A stretch of DNA of 64,000 bases. Source: an uncultured cyanobacterium (GTDB taxonomy: Bacteria; Cyanobacteriota; Cyanobacteriia; PCC-9006; JAAUQQ01). How positions within the stretch are numbered: the first letter of the stretch is position 1; each line of letters opens with the position of its first letter. The stretch spans positions 3,264,001 to 3,328,000 of the forward strand of contig OY970368.1 of assembly GCA_963718615.1 (NCBI GenBank). The letters are read 5' to 3'. Both the position numbers and the translations under genes were made by a program. This document shows, in pieces, positions 1 to 9,020 of the stretch. The notes below the pieces were generated by a model. It searched no databases. It was not told the origin of the DNA and was given only the letters and a program-made list of their open reading frames with translations.

Positions 1-2801
1 ATCACCGCTGGAATTCCATATTCCCGCGCCACGATCGCCCCATGGGATAACCGCCCCCCCACCTCTGCAATCACCCCCGCAGCCTGGGCCAACAACGGAG
101 CCCAACCCGAGTCCGTGTAAGGAACCACAATAATCGTCTGGGGGGGAATGGCTTCACTGCCCGTCACTTGGCGAAAGATGCGGATGGTGCCTTCCACTTG
201 GCCTGCACTGGCTCCAATCCCCTGGAGTTGGTTGGCGGAAGCCGTGATTGGGTCGAGGCTAGCGCTGGGACGAGGGGGTTCTTGGCCATACACCAGGGTG
301 GCGACGGATTCGGTTTGGTCTATGGAAAATTGAGTTTTGCGGGTTTGGAGGACCGAGCGCCAAGCCGGTTTCAGGGTCTCCAAATCCTCGGCTGTTAGGC
401 CTTCAAGGCGTTGCGGGACTGCACCGATCGCCTGGATCTGAGCTTCAATTTCAGCCCGTTCTAAAAAGAAGATATCACCGGGGTCTTCTAGCCAACCCAG
501 CGCTAGCCATTGCTGTTCTAGGGCCACAAAGCTCCAGCGCAGCTCGGCGAGCAAACGGCTGTAGGTTTCGGTAACACGGCCTTTGAGATCAACGCGATTT
601 TGGACGGACTTGGGGGCGGATCTTTGGCGTTTGCCCGAGTTGGGGCCGGAGGTGGGGACAACTGTCGGTTCCTGTCGAGGTTGGGGCTGCCGGAGCAGTG
701 CTTCAATGGGGCGGGGGTCTTCGCGCCAAGTGGGAACGGCGATATCGGTGCCCACTTGGCTTAGGTAGCCGTATTCCTTGAGAAAGTCGTCTAGGGTGGG
801 TTGGGGCTGAGCGCGCAATGCCGCTAGCGCCGCAATCTCCGGCGAAGCGGCATAGTCCAAATCTTCATCTGCAACCTTAAAGATGCCTTGGCGAATCGCT
901 GCACTCAGGGGAGCCAAAATGCTGTAATAGGTCGCCTTCTCTAGCTGTTGTAAAAGCAGCTCAATCCGAGACCAGATCTCCAGGGGGGTCAGGGTCTCTG
1001 GGGGTTGGGAGGGGAGCGATCGCAACACCGGTCCAAACAAGGCTTGCTGATCCCGCGCAAAATCCTTTTCCAGTGACCCCTCCCGCCGCAGCAAGCGCCA
1101 TAAACCCGGCGCACTTTTTAAGGTCGATTTTAACGGCGGTTTTGAGAACTTCGCCCCCCGCGTCAAAAATTCTAAACTCTCCGGCGGCAACCCCATGCGC
1201 AAAAAGATTTCGCCCAACAGCGAAGCATTGAAATAGGCATGGGCGTGGTGTAGGGTTGCAGTCTGGTCAAAGTTTAGGTCGGTGGCGCGATCGCCCAAGA
1301 CCAACGTAAACAACTCCCCCCACACCCCACAGGTTAAGGGCTGATTAATTGACCAAGTGAGCGGACGAATTGCCCCTGGAATCACCTCCGCCGCAATTTT
1401 GCGCGTCCAAATCGGCAGCATTGTCGTGATGGGTCGCGCCTGTAGCAACCACAACTGCTCGCCATCGTAGGTCCATTCAATATCTTGCGGGATACCGTGG
1501 TAACGGGCTTCCAAATGTCGTGCTAGATAGGCAACTTGCTCTAGCAACCAGCCTGGAACATCGCCTGACGTTGTAGCGCTCCGAACTGTCACGGTTGTTT
1601 CTGGGGGGAGCTTCCAACTCTCCGCTTCAGCCAGTTGCCAATCCAGTTGCTCTGGCAGCTGAGCCCGGTATTGCTCCGGCGTAATTTTGCCAGATACCAC
1701 CGCGCTCGTGGGTCCGGCGATCGCCTCAATCACCACCACCCCAGGCTCCTGGGTCACGGGATCCCGACTAAAGGCCACACCGGAATAAACCCCCTGGACC
1801 TGTCGCTGGACGATGACCGCCATGGCTTCCTCCTCCAGACCCCGATCCTCCCGGTACTGTCGGGCAGTAGCGGCATTGTAGGAGGCGAAACAGCGGGCGA
1901 TCGCCTCCGCCAACTGATACCGACTGGTCAACTGCAACACGCTCAAATACTGCCCCGCCGCTGAAGCCTGGGCCGAGTCTTCCCCAATCGCTGAAGACCG
2001 AACCGCATAGGGCTCCTGCTCCGAAATCGGCACCGCCTGGATCAAAATCTCCGGGTCATCCCCCGGCGGCAACACCCAGCCCCCCGGCACCGGATAGCCC
2101 CAGGCTTGCAGTTGTGCCAAGGTCGCGGCTTTGCCGCCCACCTTTTGGGGGGAGAGGGGTTTGTCTAGGGCGATGAGCGATCGCTCCCCCCGAAAAAATG
2201 TAAACAGACTTTGCCCTGAGGCACTGTCCGGCTTGAGGTCAAGATCGTCAGGCATTTGGTTCAAAATCCAGTAGAGTAACCCGCACAGTAACGCCGCCGC
2301 CAGCCCGCGCCCGGACTGGGGATGCAGCAAAAACAGCATCAGGGGCATGAGCAGCAGGGCAACAACACGGCCCTGCTGGCGCTGGCGAAAAATCGTAAAG
2401 CTGATGCCGCTGAGGAAGAAGGCGATCGCCGTCGCCACCCAGTCATGGACAAAAAAGCCCCAAAAGGCATTCGTCGTTCCGGCCCCGCGCCCGCCCCAGT
2501 AACGGCCCATGACCAACGCCATCAGACCAATGATCTCCCAGGAGGAACCCAGGGGAAAAAATTGGCGTACCAATAGGACTGTTACAACGCCTTTGCCCGC
2601 TTCCGCGAGGACAGCCAGAATACCTGCGGTTTTGCCGCCGTGGTAGAAAGCGGCGGAGACGCCGACGTTGCCGGTGCCGATCTGGGAGAGCTTTTTGTGG
2701 GCGATCGCCTCCACGATCCAGCCGGTGAGCGGCAAGGCCCCCAGAATCGGACAAAGTACAAAAATCAGAAAAACACCACCGACTTGGGCAAGGGTCAACA
2801 T
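1..2801 (-). CDS. Glycerol-3-phosphate acyltransferase (PlsY-like) domain fused to PEP/pyruvate-binding ATP-grasp and PEP-utilising His-swivel domains; 3' end truncated by the window edge
   Basis: Absent from the ORF track (no stop in window). Manual translation from ATG at 2801: MLTLAQVGGVFLIFVLCPILGALPLTGWI...IGTGNVGVSAAFYHGGKTAGILAVLAEAGKG (PlsY-like motif 1). Further on: KVGGKAATLAQL, AVRSSAIGEDSAQASAAGQY, QDIEWTYDGEQLWLLQARPIT (PPDK_N-like) and GGRLSHGAIVAREYGIPAV (swivel His). Frame checked at 2132, 1409 and 5. Confidence 0.88.
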   Translation of the reverse strand, partial: MLTLAQVGGVFLIFVLCPILGALPLTGWIVEAIAHKKLSQIGTGNVGVSAAFYHGGKTAGILAVLAEAGKGVVTVLLVRQFFPLGSSWEIIGLMALVMGRYWGGRGAGTTNAFWGFFVHDWVATAIAFFLSGISFTIFRQRQQGRVVALLLMPLMLFLLHPQSGRGLAAALLCGLLYWILNQMPDDLDLKPDSASGQSLFTFFRGERSLIALDKPLSPQKVGGKAATLAQLQAWGYPVPGGWVLPPGDDPEILIQAVPISEQEPYAVRSSAIGEDSAQASAAGQYLSVLQLTSRYQLAEAIARCFASYNAATARQYREDRGLEEEAMAVIVQRQVQGVYSGVAFSRDPVTQEPGVVVIEAIAGPTSAVVSGKITPEQYRAQLPEQLDWQLAEAESWKLPPETTVTVRSATTSGDVPGWLLEQVAYLARHLEARYHGIPQDIEWTYDGEQLWLLQARPITTMLPIWTRKIAAEVIPGAIRPLTWSINQPLTCGVWGELFTLVLGDRATDLNFDQTATLHHAHAYFNASLLGEIFLRMGLPPESLEFLTRGAKFSKPPLKSTLKSAPGLWRLLRREGSLEKDFARDQQALFGPVLRSLPSQPPETLTPLEIWSRIELLLQQLEKATYYSILAPLSAAIRQGIFKVADEDLDYAASPEIAALAALRAQPQPTLDDFLKEYGYLSQVGTDIAVPTWREDPRPIEALLRQPQPRQEPTVVPTSGPNSGKRQRSAPKSVQNRVDLKGRVTETYSRLLAELRWSFVALEQQWLALGWLEDPGDIFFLERAEIEAQIQAIGAVPQRLEGLTAEDLETLKPAWRSVLQTRKTQFSIDQTESVATLVYGQEPPRPSASLDPITASANQLQGIGASAGQVEGTIRIFRQVTGSEAIPPQTIIVVPYTDSGWAPLLAQAAGVIAEVGGRLSHGAIVAREYGIPAV

Positions 2802-2851
2802 AAGAGTTCTGGGGGGAGGACGATTTTGCTGTGATGCCTAAGCAACCAAGT

Positions 2852-3379
2852 TTAAGCAACCAAGTTTCTGAAGTGATCTTGGAGGTTAGATTCAACTTTT
2901 TGCCAATTTCGGGTGATGTTAGCGTCCATATTTGTTTTGGCGATTTCCAACAGCGTTTCATCAAAGACGTAGGCTTTCGCCTGCTTCAACCAAGTTAAGA
3001 TTTCCGCCAGATGCCAGATGGAGGGTGTGCCTTCATAAACAGGCTGTGGAGCTCCGGGGTCGTTGGTAACGACTAGTTTTCTAATATTTTGTCGGGTGCA
3101 TCCTAACAGTTTGGCAACGTCTGTCAGACCGACGAGATCAGGGGTTGCTTCGGCTAAGGTTGCTTGGGGAAGGACGGCTTTGATAGTTGCGATCGCACTC
3201 GATATCGCCTCATAGGCCGACGGGGCTTCACGGGTGAAGTGGAGGAAAATAAATCCCGGCTTGCCCATGCTGATGAGAGCATCGTCACAGCCTTCTCTGT
3301 ATAATAACTCGATGTAACTTTCGGGATCAGCCTGACGATTGTTGAGGTTGAACTTTAGGGTAAAGTCGTATCTGGCCAT
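2852..3379 (-). CDS. Antitoxin-like DNA-binding protein (HicB-like N-terminus + HTH)
   Basis: 175 aa: YDFTL...GCDDALISMGKPG...FTREAPSAYEAI, then PDLVGLTDVAKLLGCTRQNIRKL helix-turn-helix. Confidence 0.7.
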   Translation of the reverse strand: MARYDFTLKFNLNNRQADPESYIELLYREGCDDALISMGKPGFIFLHFTREAPSAYEAISSAIATIKAVLPQATLAEATPDLVGLTDVAKLLGCTRQNIRKLVVTNDPGAPQPVYEGTPSIWHLAEILTWLKQAKAYVFDETLLEIAKTNMDANITRNWQKVESNLQDHFRNLVA

Positions 3380-3460
3380 GGTTTATGACTCTGCCTCAAG
3401 TGTGGTTTCTGGCGGGTGATGGGTAGGAGCATCGGGGCTTGGGTCATCTCCTACTGGCAC

Positions 3461-3499
3461 AGGCTAGCCTTCTGGGAGTCAGGTTGTCAAGTGACAACC
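3461..3499 (-). promoter_or_regulatory. Putative promoter with overlapping operator palindrome
   Basis: GGTTGTCA-AG-TGACAACC (3482-3499) is a perfect 8-bp inverted repeat. It contains a minus-strand TTGACA (3485-3490), 18 nt from TAGCCT (3461-3466), upstream of the HTH gene. Confidence 0.55.
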
Positions 3500-3650
3500 C
3501 GGCTTGGTGCGCTTGGGAACAAAGTCTCATTAAGATGAGGAGGCAGGTGCTGGGGTTGATGGGTTTGAGATTTGCGATCGCCACTTGCTCAATCAGTGCC
3601 TTGATCGATCGGTGTAAATTTTTTAGCAGTAGAGAATAAATGGGAATTTA

Positions 3651-4310
3651 ATGAACACTAAAAGTACCCAAGTAGAAGCTGGACAAGCGGTGTACACCCA
3701 GCAGACACTGGCTGTCTACGACTTCATCGTACTTGGTCTTTCAAACCAATTTGTTTGGCAATGCCCGACTCAACGGCTTGTGAAGCACTACGACCAACTC
3801 GTGACAGCCAATCATCTAGATGTTGGAGTAGGGACAGGCTACTTTCTTGATCAGTGCCAGTTTCCCTCCCCTACGCCGCGTATTACATTGATGGACCTCA
3901 ATCAGAATACACTAGAGTTTGCTTCCCAGCGTATTGCGCGATATAACCCCAAAACCTATCGTCAAAATGTTTTAGAGCCTATTAACTTAGATACGGAAAA
4001 GTTTGATTCGGTAGGAATCAACTACCTACTCCATTGCATTCCGGGCACCCTTGAGACAAAGTCGGCTGCTATCGATTATCTCAAGGCTTTGATGAATCCT
4101 GGTGCAGTTCTTTTTGGTTCAACCATTTTACAGGGTGACGTGCCCGTCAATGGGTTCGCCAAGCATTTGATGGCTGCTTACAACCAAAAAGGAATCTTTT
4201 CAAACCAAAACGACACCCTCAAAGACTTGAAGAGTATCCTTAATCAGAGATTTAAAGATGTCTCTGTTGAGGTTATCGGCTGCGTTGCACTTTTTTCAGG
4301 CCGAGTCTGA
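3651..4310 (+). CDS. Class I SAM-dependent methyltransferase
   Basis: HLDVGVGTG motif I, TLMDLN motif II, FDSVGINYLLHCIPG. Confidence 0.85.
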   Translation: MNTKSTQVEAGQAVYTQQTLAVYDFIVLGLSNQFVWQCPTQRLVKHYDQLVTANHLDVGVGTGYFLDQCQFPSPTPRITLMDLNQNTLEFASQRIARYNPKTYRQNVLEPINLDTEKFDSVGINYLLHCIPGTLETKSAAIDYLKALMNPGAVLFGSTILQGDVPVNGFAKHLMAAYNQKGIFSNQNDTLKDLKSILNQRFKDVSVEVIGCVALFSGRV

Positions 4311-4392
4311 AGCCTAACGTAGGTCCTTAAATCCCCTTCGCGCTACTGCCTCCCACCTTACTGCACTTCCCCTAGAATGCCCTAGCGTGAAA

Positions 4393-6216
4393 TCATTGCC
4401 CGAGCAACTGAAGCTGATACAAACTGGCGTAGAGCCCCTGCTGATCGAGCAATTCTTCATGGGAACCCGATTCCACAAGCTGTCCCTGCTTCAAGACCAG
4501 AATCCGATCTACATTGCGAATCGTGGACAGACGGTGGGCAATAATAATCGCTGTTCGATCGACTAAAAGCGTTTCTAAAGCCGCTTGAATATCAGCCTCC
4601 GTCCCCACATCCAGATTCGAGGTTGCCTCATCTAACACCAAAATACTTGGATTGCGAATCGCCACCCGAGCAAAGGCCAAAAGCTGCTTTTGTCCCCCCG
4701 AAAGATTCGAGCCCCGCTGGCGTAATTCCGTATCATAGCCCTGGGGTAATTGCTCAATGAACGAGGCAACATTCGTCCGTTCCGCAGCCGATTGAATCGC
4801 TTCAAAGGGATAGGATTCTCCCAGGGAAATATTGCTTTTCACATCCCCCGCAAACAGAAAGCCATCTTGCAAAATCACACCAATGTGACGGCGCAGCTCC
4901 TGCTGGGGTAAATCCCGAATATCAATACCATCGACTAAAATGCGGCCTCGACTCGGTTCATACAGACGACAAAGCAATCGAATAATTGAACTTTTCCCCG
5001 CTCCCGTGGGTCCCACTAGCGCAATTTTTTCACCGGGCTTAATTTCAAAATCTAGGTCCTTCAGTACATACTCATCCGGCTTATACCCAAACCAAACCCG
5101 CTCAAACCGAATTGACCCTTGTTGATGACCATCATCTGGGGGAAGCTGGGCGAGATTATCGAGGCGATCGCGAATATCAATCGGCTCATTCAGCAAATCG
5201 CTAATCCGTTCAACCGCAGTCAGACCCGCCTGAATCGACGTAAACTTTTCCGCAAGTTGACGCAGGGGATCAAATAACCGCTGAGCAAACAAAATGAACG
5301 ATGCCAATTTACCCAGACCCAGTGGCCCTTCCAGCACTAGCAACCCACCCACATAGAGGACCCCGGCGATCGCCGCCAGAGAAATCCACTCCAACGTGGC
5401 AGAAATGGCCGAATCATTAAAAATCGTCTTATCGACTTCGCGAATGTAGCGCTGGTTGGTCGCCCGAAAGATTTCGCTATTGAATCGCTCCCGCCGAAAA
5501 ATCTGCACTACATTAATCCCCAGGACATTTTCCTGGAGCATCGAGTTGAGCACCGACAGTTCCTCCCGCGCCTTGTAGTTAGCCTTGCGGTAGCGCTGCT
5601 GAAAGAACACAATCAGCGCCGTCACGGGCAAGAGCATCACCGTCAGCATCAGCGCCAACTGCCATTGCAGCAAAAACATCATGACGACAATGGTAATCAG
5701 CGAAAAGAGATCGCTGACAATGCCGATCGCCCCCGTCGAAAACACATCCCCCAGGGCCTCAACATCACTGGTCAATCGCGTAATCAATCGCCCCACAGGC
5801 GTGCGGTCAAAGAAGCGCACGGCTAAGGACGTGACATGCTCAAACAGATCCGCCCGAATCGCCGCTGTGACCCGCTGACCCACTTCCTGGACGAGATAGC
5901 CCTGCCAGCCCCGAAACGCCAGCCGTAGCAAAATCGTCCCCAGCAGCATGAGGGAGAGCCAGTTCAGGCCCTGCGCGAGGGCAGCGCGGTCCAGAAAGGA
6001 AAACATCAAATCATCGCAAACGCTGGCATTTTCCTGGCACTGAATTAGCGAAATGGCCTGACCCAAAATAATCGGTTGGATAGCCCCGGCGATCGCCACC
6101 GGCACGAGCAAAATCAACGAAATCGTCAGCAGTTGGCCATTTTGCTTGGCATAGGGAACAAGCCGCTTGATGAGCTGCCAATCATTTTCGCGGCGACGGG
6201 GGGAAACCAGGGTCAT
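4393..6216 (-). CDS. ABC exporter, fused permease/ATPase (MsbA/MdlB-like)
   Basis: N-terminal TM domain, Walker A GPTGAGKS, LSGGQKQ, ILVLDEAT, IAHRLST. Confidence 0.95.
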   Translation of the reverse strand: MTLVSPRRRENDWQLIKRLVPYAKQNGQLLTISLILLVPVAIAGAIQPIILGQAISLIQCQENASVCDDLMFSFLDRAALAQGLNWLSLMLLGTILLRLAFRGWQGYLVQEVGQRVTAAIRADLFEHVTSLAVRFFDRTPVGRLITRLTSDVEALGDVFSTGAIGIVSDLFSLITIVVMMFLLQWQLALMLTVMLLPVTALIVFFQQRYRKANYKAREELSVLNSMLQENVLGINVVQIFRRERFNSEIFRATNQRYIREVDKTIFNDSAISATLEWISLAAIAGVLYVGGLLVLEGPLGLGKLASFILFAQRLFDPLRQLAEKFTSIQAGLTAVERISDLLNEPIDIRDRLDNLAQLPPDDGHQQGSIRFERVWFGYKPDEYVLKDLDFEIKPGEKIALVGPTGAGKSSIIRLLCRLYEPSRGRILVDGIDIRDLPQQELRRHIGVILQDGFLFAGDVKSNISLGESYPFEAIQSAAERTNVASFIEQLPQGYDTELRQRGSNLSGGQKQLLAFARVAIRNPSILVLDEATSNLDVGTEADIQAALETLLVDRTAIIIAHRLSTIRNVDRILVLKQGQLVESGSHEELLDQQGLYASLYQLQLLGQ

Positions 6217-6247
6217 AGATGTTCACGGTGAAAGGGTTTTTAGACGT

Positions 6248-7363
6248 TTAAGAATGCAAGGGGGTATCGGGTTGCAAATCTGTTGCGGTGGTTTGGGTCA
6301 AAATCACCTGCCGTCGCTCAGCAATCAGCTTGGGTCGCAGATACAAATTTTCCACCAACACCGACGCCCCTGCAAACCAAGGCGGTACGATCAGTGCCCC
6401 GACAATGCCCAAGAGTTGCGCTCCTCCCAACACCGCCAAAAGCTGATAGAGCGGATGCACGCCGACGGAAGAGCCCACCAGCAGCGGATCCAAAACGTAG
6501 GTCTCCAGATTTTGCACAACCACAAACAAAATCAAGACCCAGAGGGGCACCCAGCCCCCAACAGAAAACGAGACTAGCAGGGCTGGAATTGCCCCCAGAA
6601 GTGGCCCTAGGAATGGAATGAGGTTGGTGAGACCAGCGATCGCCCCCAAGCCAATCGCATATTCCTTCATCCCCAGCAAGCTCAACCCCACCGTAATCCC
6701 AATACCCAACACCACCGACACCAACAGTCGTCCACGAATATAGCCCCCCATACGGCCTCCCACCGGGCGAACCTGGGAAGCTAGGCGGTCTTCCCAGGGT
6801 TGGGGAAACAACTGCAAGAGTCCCCGCAGCAGGGCGCGGCTGTCGGCGACCATATAGCCGGAAATGAGAATAGCGAGAACAATGCTGAGCAGGCTGCCCA
6901 GGATATTACGGGTCAGGCCATAGGATCTCAGGAGTAGGTTTTGGGTCGAGCCGATGACCCACCGCCCGATCGCCTGGGGATCGAGAAACTGACGGATGAG
7001 CTCCGCCTGGGTTTCGCCGAGGCGCAGGGCATTTTCTTCAACCAGGCCCCGAAAGGCTTCGACAAATGTCGGTAACCGCCGAATCAGGGTTTCGATTTGC
7101 TGTAACACCGTCGGCCCAATCACCAAGCCAGCGCCCACCAGGACCAAAATCAGCGCCACGTAGGACACCAGCGTCGCTAGCCAGCGGGGAAAGCGCCAGA
7201 CTTCGAGCTGATCCACGACTGGGGCAATGGACGCCGCCAAAATCACCGCTGTCATGACGATGAGTAAAAGGCTGCGGATTTGCCAGAGGAGGACGGTGCT
7301 GAGGGCGATCGCCCCTAAAACCAAGATGGAAGGCAGGGAAATCGTAAACCGCTGGTCGGACAT
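6248..7363 (-). CDS. AI-2E family transporter
   Basis: Polytopic; GYIRG, NLIPFLGP, QNLETYVLDPLLVGSSVGVHP motifs. Confidence 0.9.
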   Translation of the reverse strand: MSDQRFTISLPSILVLGAIALSTVLLWQIRSLLLIVMTAVILAASIAPVVDQLEVWRFPRWLATLVSYVALILVLVGAGLVIGPTVLQQIETLIRRLPTFVEAFRGLVEENALRLGETQAELIRQFLDPQAIGRWVIGSTQNLLLRSYGLTRNILGSLLSIVLAILISGYMVADSRALLRGLLQLFPQPWEDRLASQVRPVGGRMGGYIRGRLLVSVVLGIGITVGLSLLGMKEYAIGLGAIAGLTNLIPFLGPLLGAIPALLVSFSVGGWVPLWVLILFVVVQNLETYVLDPLLVGSSVGVHPLYQLLAVLGGAQLLGIVGALIVPPWFAGASVLVENLYLRPKLIAERRQVILTQTTATDLQPDTPLHS

Positions 7364-7458
7364 GCAAAGCAATTCCCCGCAGAAGGGTTAAAAGGTGGGC
7401 TGGTGTTATGACCCATATTCTGCATTGTACGCGGGGTGGGGAGGGACAGGGCGGGGGG

Positions 7459-7487
7459 GTCGGGACAGGGCAATGCCCTGTCCCAAC
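7459..7487. repeat. REP-like palindrome (degenerate GTAGGGAC... type)
   Basis: GTCGGGACAGGGCA-A-TGCCCTGTCCCAAC with an 11-bp perfect inner stem. Confidence 0.6.
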
Positions 7488-7533
7488 AGGATTGATGCCC
7501 AGTATCAGCAATGTCAAAAAAAGACCTAATAGG

Positions 7534-7605
7534 TTCAAAAAATTTTAAACAAGGCGCTGTGCGCTAAGAGAGGAAAGAGGGAACAGACTGAAGGGTAGAG
7601 GGTAA
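7534..7605 (-). repeat. Orphan copy of the ~70-bp element found 3' of the putative DGR target gene
   Basis: TTCAAAAAATTTTAAACAAGGCGCTGTGCGCTAAGAGAGGAAAGAGGGAACAGACTGAAGGGTAGAGGGTAA aligns as a direct repeat with 8930-8999. Confidence 0.85.
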
Positions 7606-7747
7606 TCTTAGAGCTTTAGCGACAGAACCTTGGCGTTTTAAATACTGAACCTTGAGATTCTCAGGGCCGGAAACCCAGAACCAGCAAGAAATCCAGCTTT
7701 TTTACCGTGTTAAAATGCAGGCTACCCCTGAGCAGGAGGCTAGGCCC

Positions 7748-8320
7748 ATGACCCTCGCAACCTCAAAAAAAATGACCCTCGAAGAGTTTCTGGCCTACGA
7801 CGATGGCACAGACACCCGTTACGAGCTAGAAAACGGAGAACTGATTGCCATGCCTGCGGAGAGCGAAATTAATCGTCGAATCGCCGTCTTTCTCTTGATT
7901 TACTTCAGCCAACTGGGAATTTCGCCAGCACGTCTGACCCTGAAAACTGAAGTTGCGGTCACCAGTACCCGAGTATCCGTTCGAATCCCAGACCTGATGA
8001 TTTTGTCAGAAGAAGGCGCAACGGCTTTAGAAGGCGCGAGTCGCTCCATCGTTCTCCTCGACATGCCGCCCCCCCAGCTTGTGGTCGAAGTTGTCAGCGC
8101 TGGCCAGGAAAAACGAGACTACCGCTACAAACGCACGGAGTATGGCGCGCGGGGCATTGTGGAGTATTGGATTGTAGACCCGATCGCCCAGCAAATCACC
8201 CTGCTGGAATGGGTCGAAGGGTTGTATGAGGAACAAGTTTATGGATTGGGCGATCGCCTCCGCTCCACTCTCTTCCCCGCCTTGGATTTAACTAGCGATC
8301 GCATCCTGAGCGCGCAATAA
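7748..8320 (+). CDS. Uma2 family putative restriction endonuclease (PD-(D/E)xK)
   Basis: MTLEEFLAYDDGTDTRYELENGELI, RIPDL, LVVEVVS, DYRYKRTEY, EYWIVDP. Confidence 0.92.
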   Translation: MTLATSKKMTLEEFLAYDDGTDTRYELENGELIAMPAESEINRRIAVFLLIYFSQLGISPARLTLKTEVAVTSTRVSVRIPDLMILSEEGATALEGASRSIVLLDMPPPQLVVEVVSAGQEKRDYRYKRTEYGARGIVEYWIVDPIAQQITLLEWVEGLYEEQVYGLGDRLRSTLFPALDLTSDRILSAQ

Positions 8321-8386
8321 TCGTCCGCGCAGCACTGTCTTTATTGTGGTTGAGTTCAGCGGTCCTCTCGCACAGGTAGTTCGCAA

Positions 8387-8776
8387 ATGAGTACAGTCAA
8401 GACACTCCACGAAGAAGCCATGGACTTAGCGGAGTTGGCGGATGTGGCCAAGCTACGGGGTGAACTGGGACGGTGTCGTGAACTGCTGGTGCAGGCGTTG
8501 GAGAAGGCAATTGCGGCGGCGGATGAGATCGCGCCGAAGACAGATGCTGAGCCAACTCGCTCGATTATTCATCGCAGTGCAGCGTCGTTGGCCGTAGAGG
8601 TGGGTCAGGTGAAGGAGGCGGAACGGTTGTTGGCGGTAGCGTTGGCGGGTGATCCGCCTGCTGAGGTTGCGGAGGAGTTGAGGGATTTGTTTGTGCAGAT
8701 CAATTTGCCCTCTTATTTTGAGCGGCGGGGGTTATTGCTGGATATGGAGCGTTGGGAGTTATCGAAGGCGGGGTAA
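8387..8776 (+). CDS. Hypothetical all-helical (TPR-like) protein
   Basis: 129 aa; LHEEAMDLAE...EPTRSIIHRSAASLA...EAERLLAVALAGDPPAEVAEELRDL. Confidence 0.75.
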   Translation: MSTVKTLHEEAMDLAELADVAKLRGELGRCRELLVQALEKAIAAADEIAPKTDAEPTRSIIHRSAASLAVEVGQVKEAERLLAVALAGDPPAEVAEELRDLFVQINLPSYFERRGLLLDMERWELSKAG

Positions 8777-8929
8777 GCGCTATGGCTTTTAGCGGCTTGG
8801 GCAGCGGCAGCGGAGACACCGGAGGTTTTCGTCAGAGTCTCGGGCTCTTGCTTAGGACTATTGCTTGACGCTCTCCCCCCAACTTTGACGGGTATGGTCG
8901 GAGATTCCTGTTTCAAAGGACATAATTAA

Positions 8930-9020
8930 TTCAAAAATTTTAAAAAAGGCGCTTCGCGCCAGGGAGGAAAGAGGGAAAAGACTGAAGGGTAGAGGGTAAA
9001 AGATTAAGAAGTATAAAGGG
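8930..9020 (-). promoter_or_regulatory. Putative DGR target 3' cis-element (pyrimidine tract + GAA-loop hairpin)
   Basis: Directly after the TAA: CCCTTTATACTTCTTAATCTTTTACCCTCTACCCTTCAGTCTTTTCCCTCTTTCCTCCCT, then GGCGC-GAA-GCGCC (8948-8960) and a T/A tract. Confidence 0.6.

Noticed and set aside
148-2964. Several short ORFs in the track
   Set aside because: They are shadows of the long minus-strand PlsY-dikinase frame, which the track missed because it has no stop in the window.
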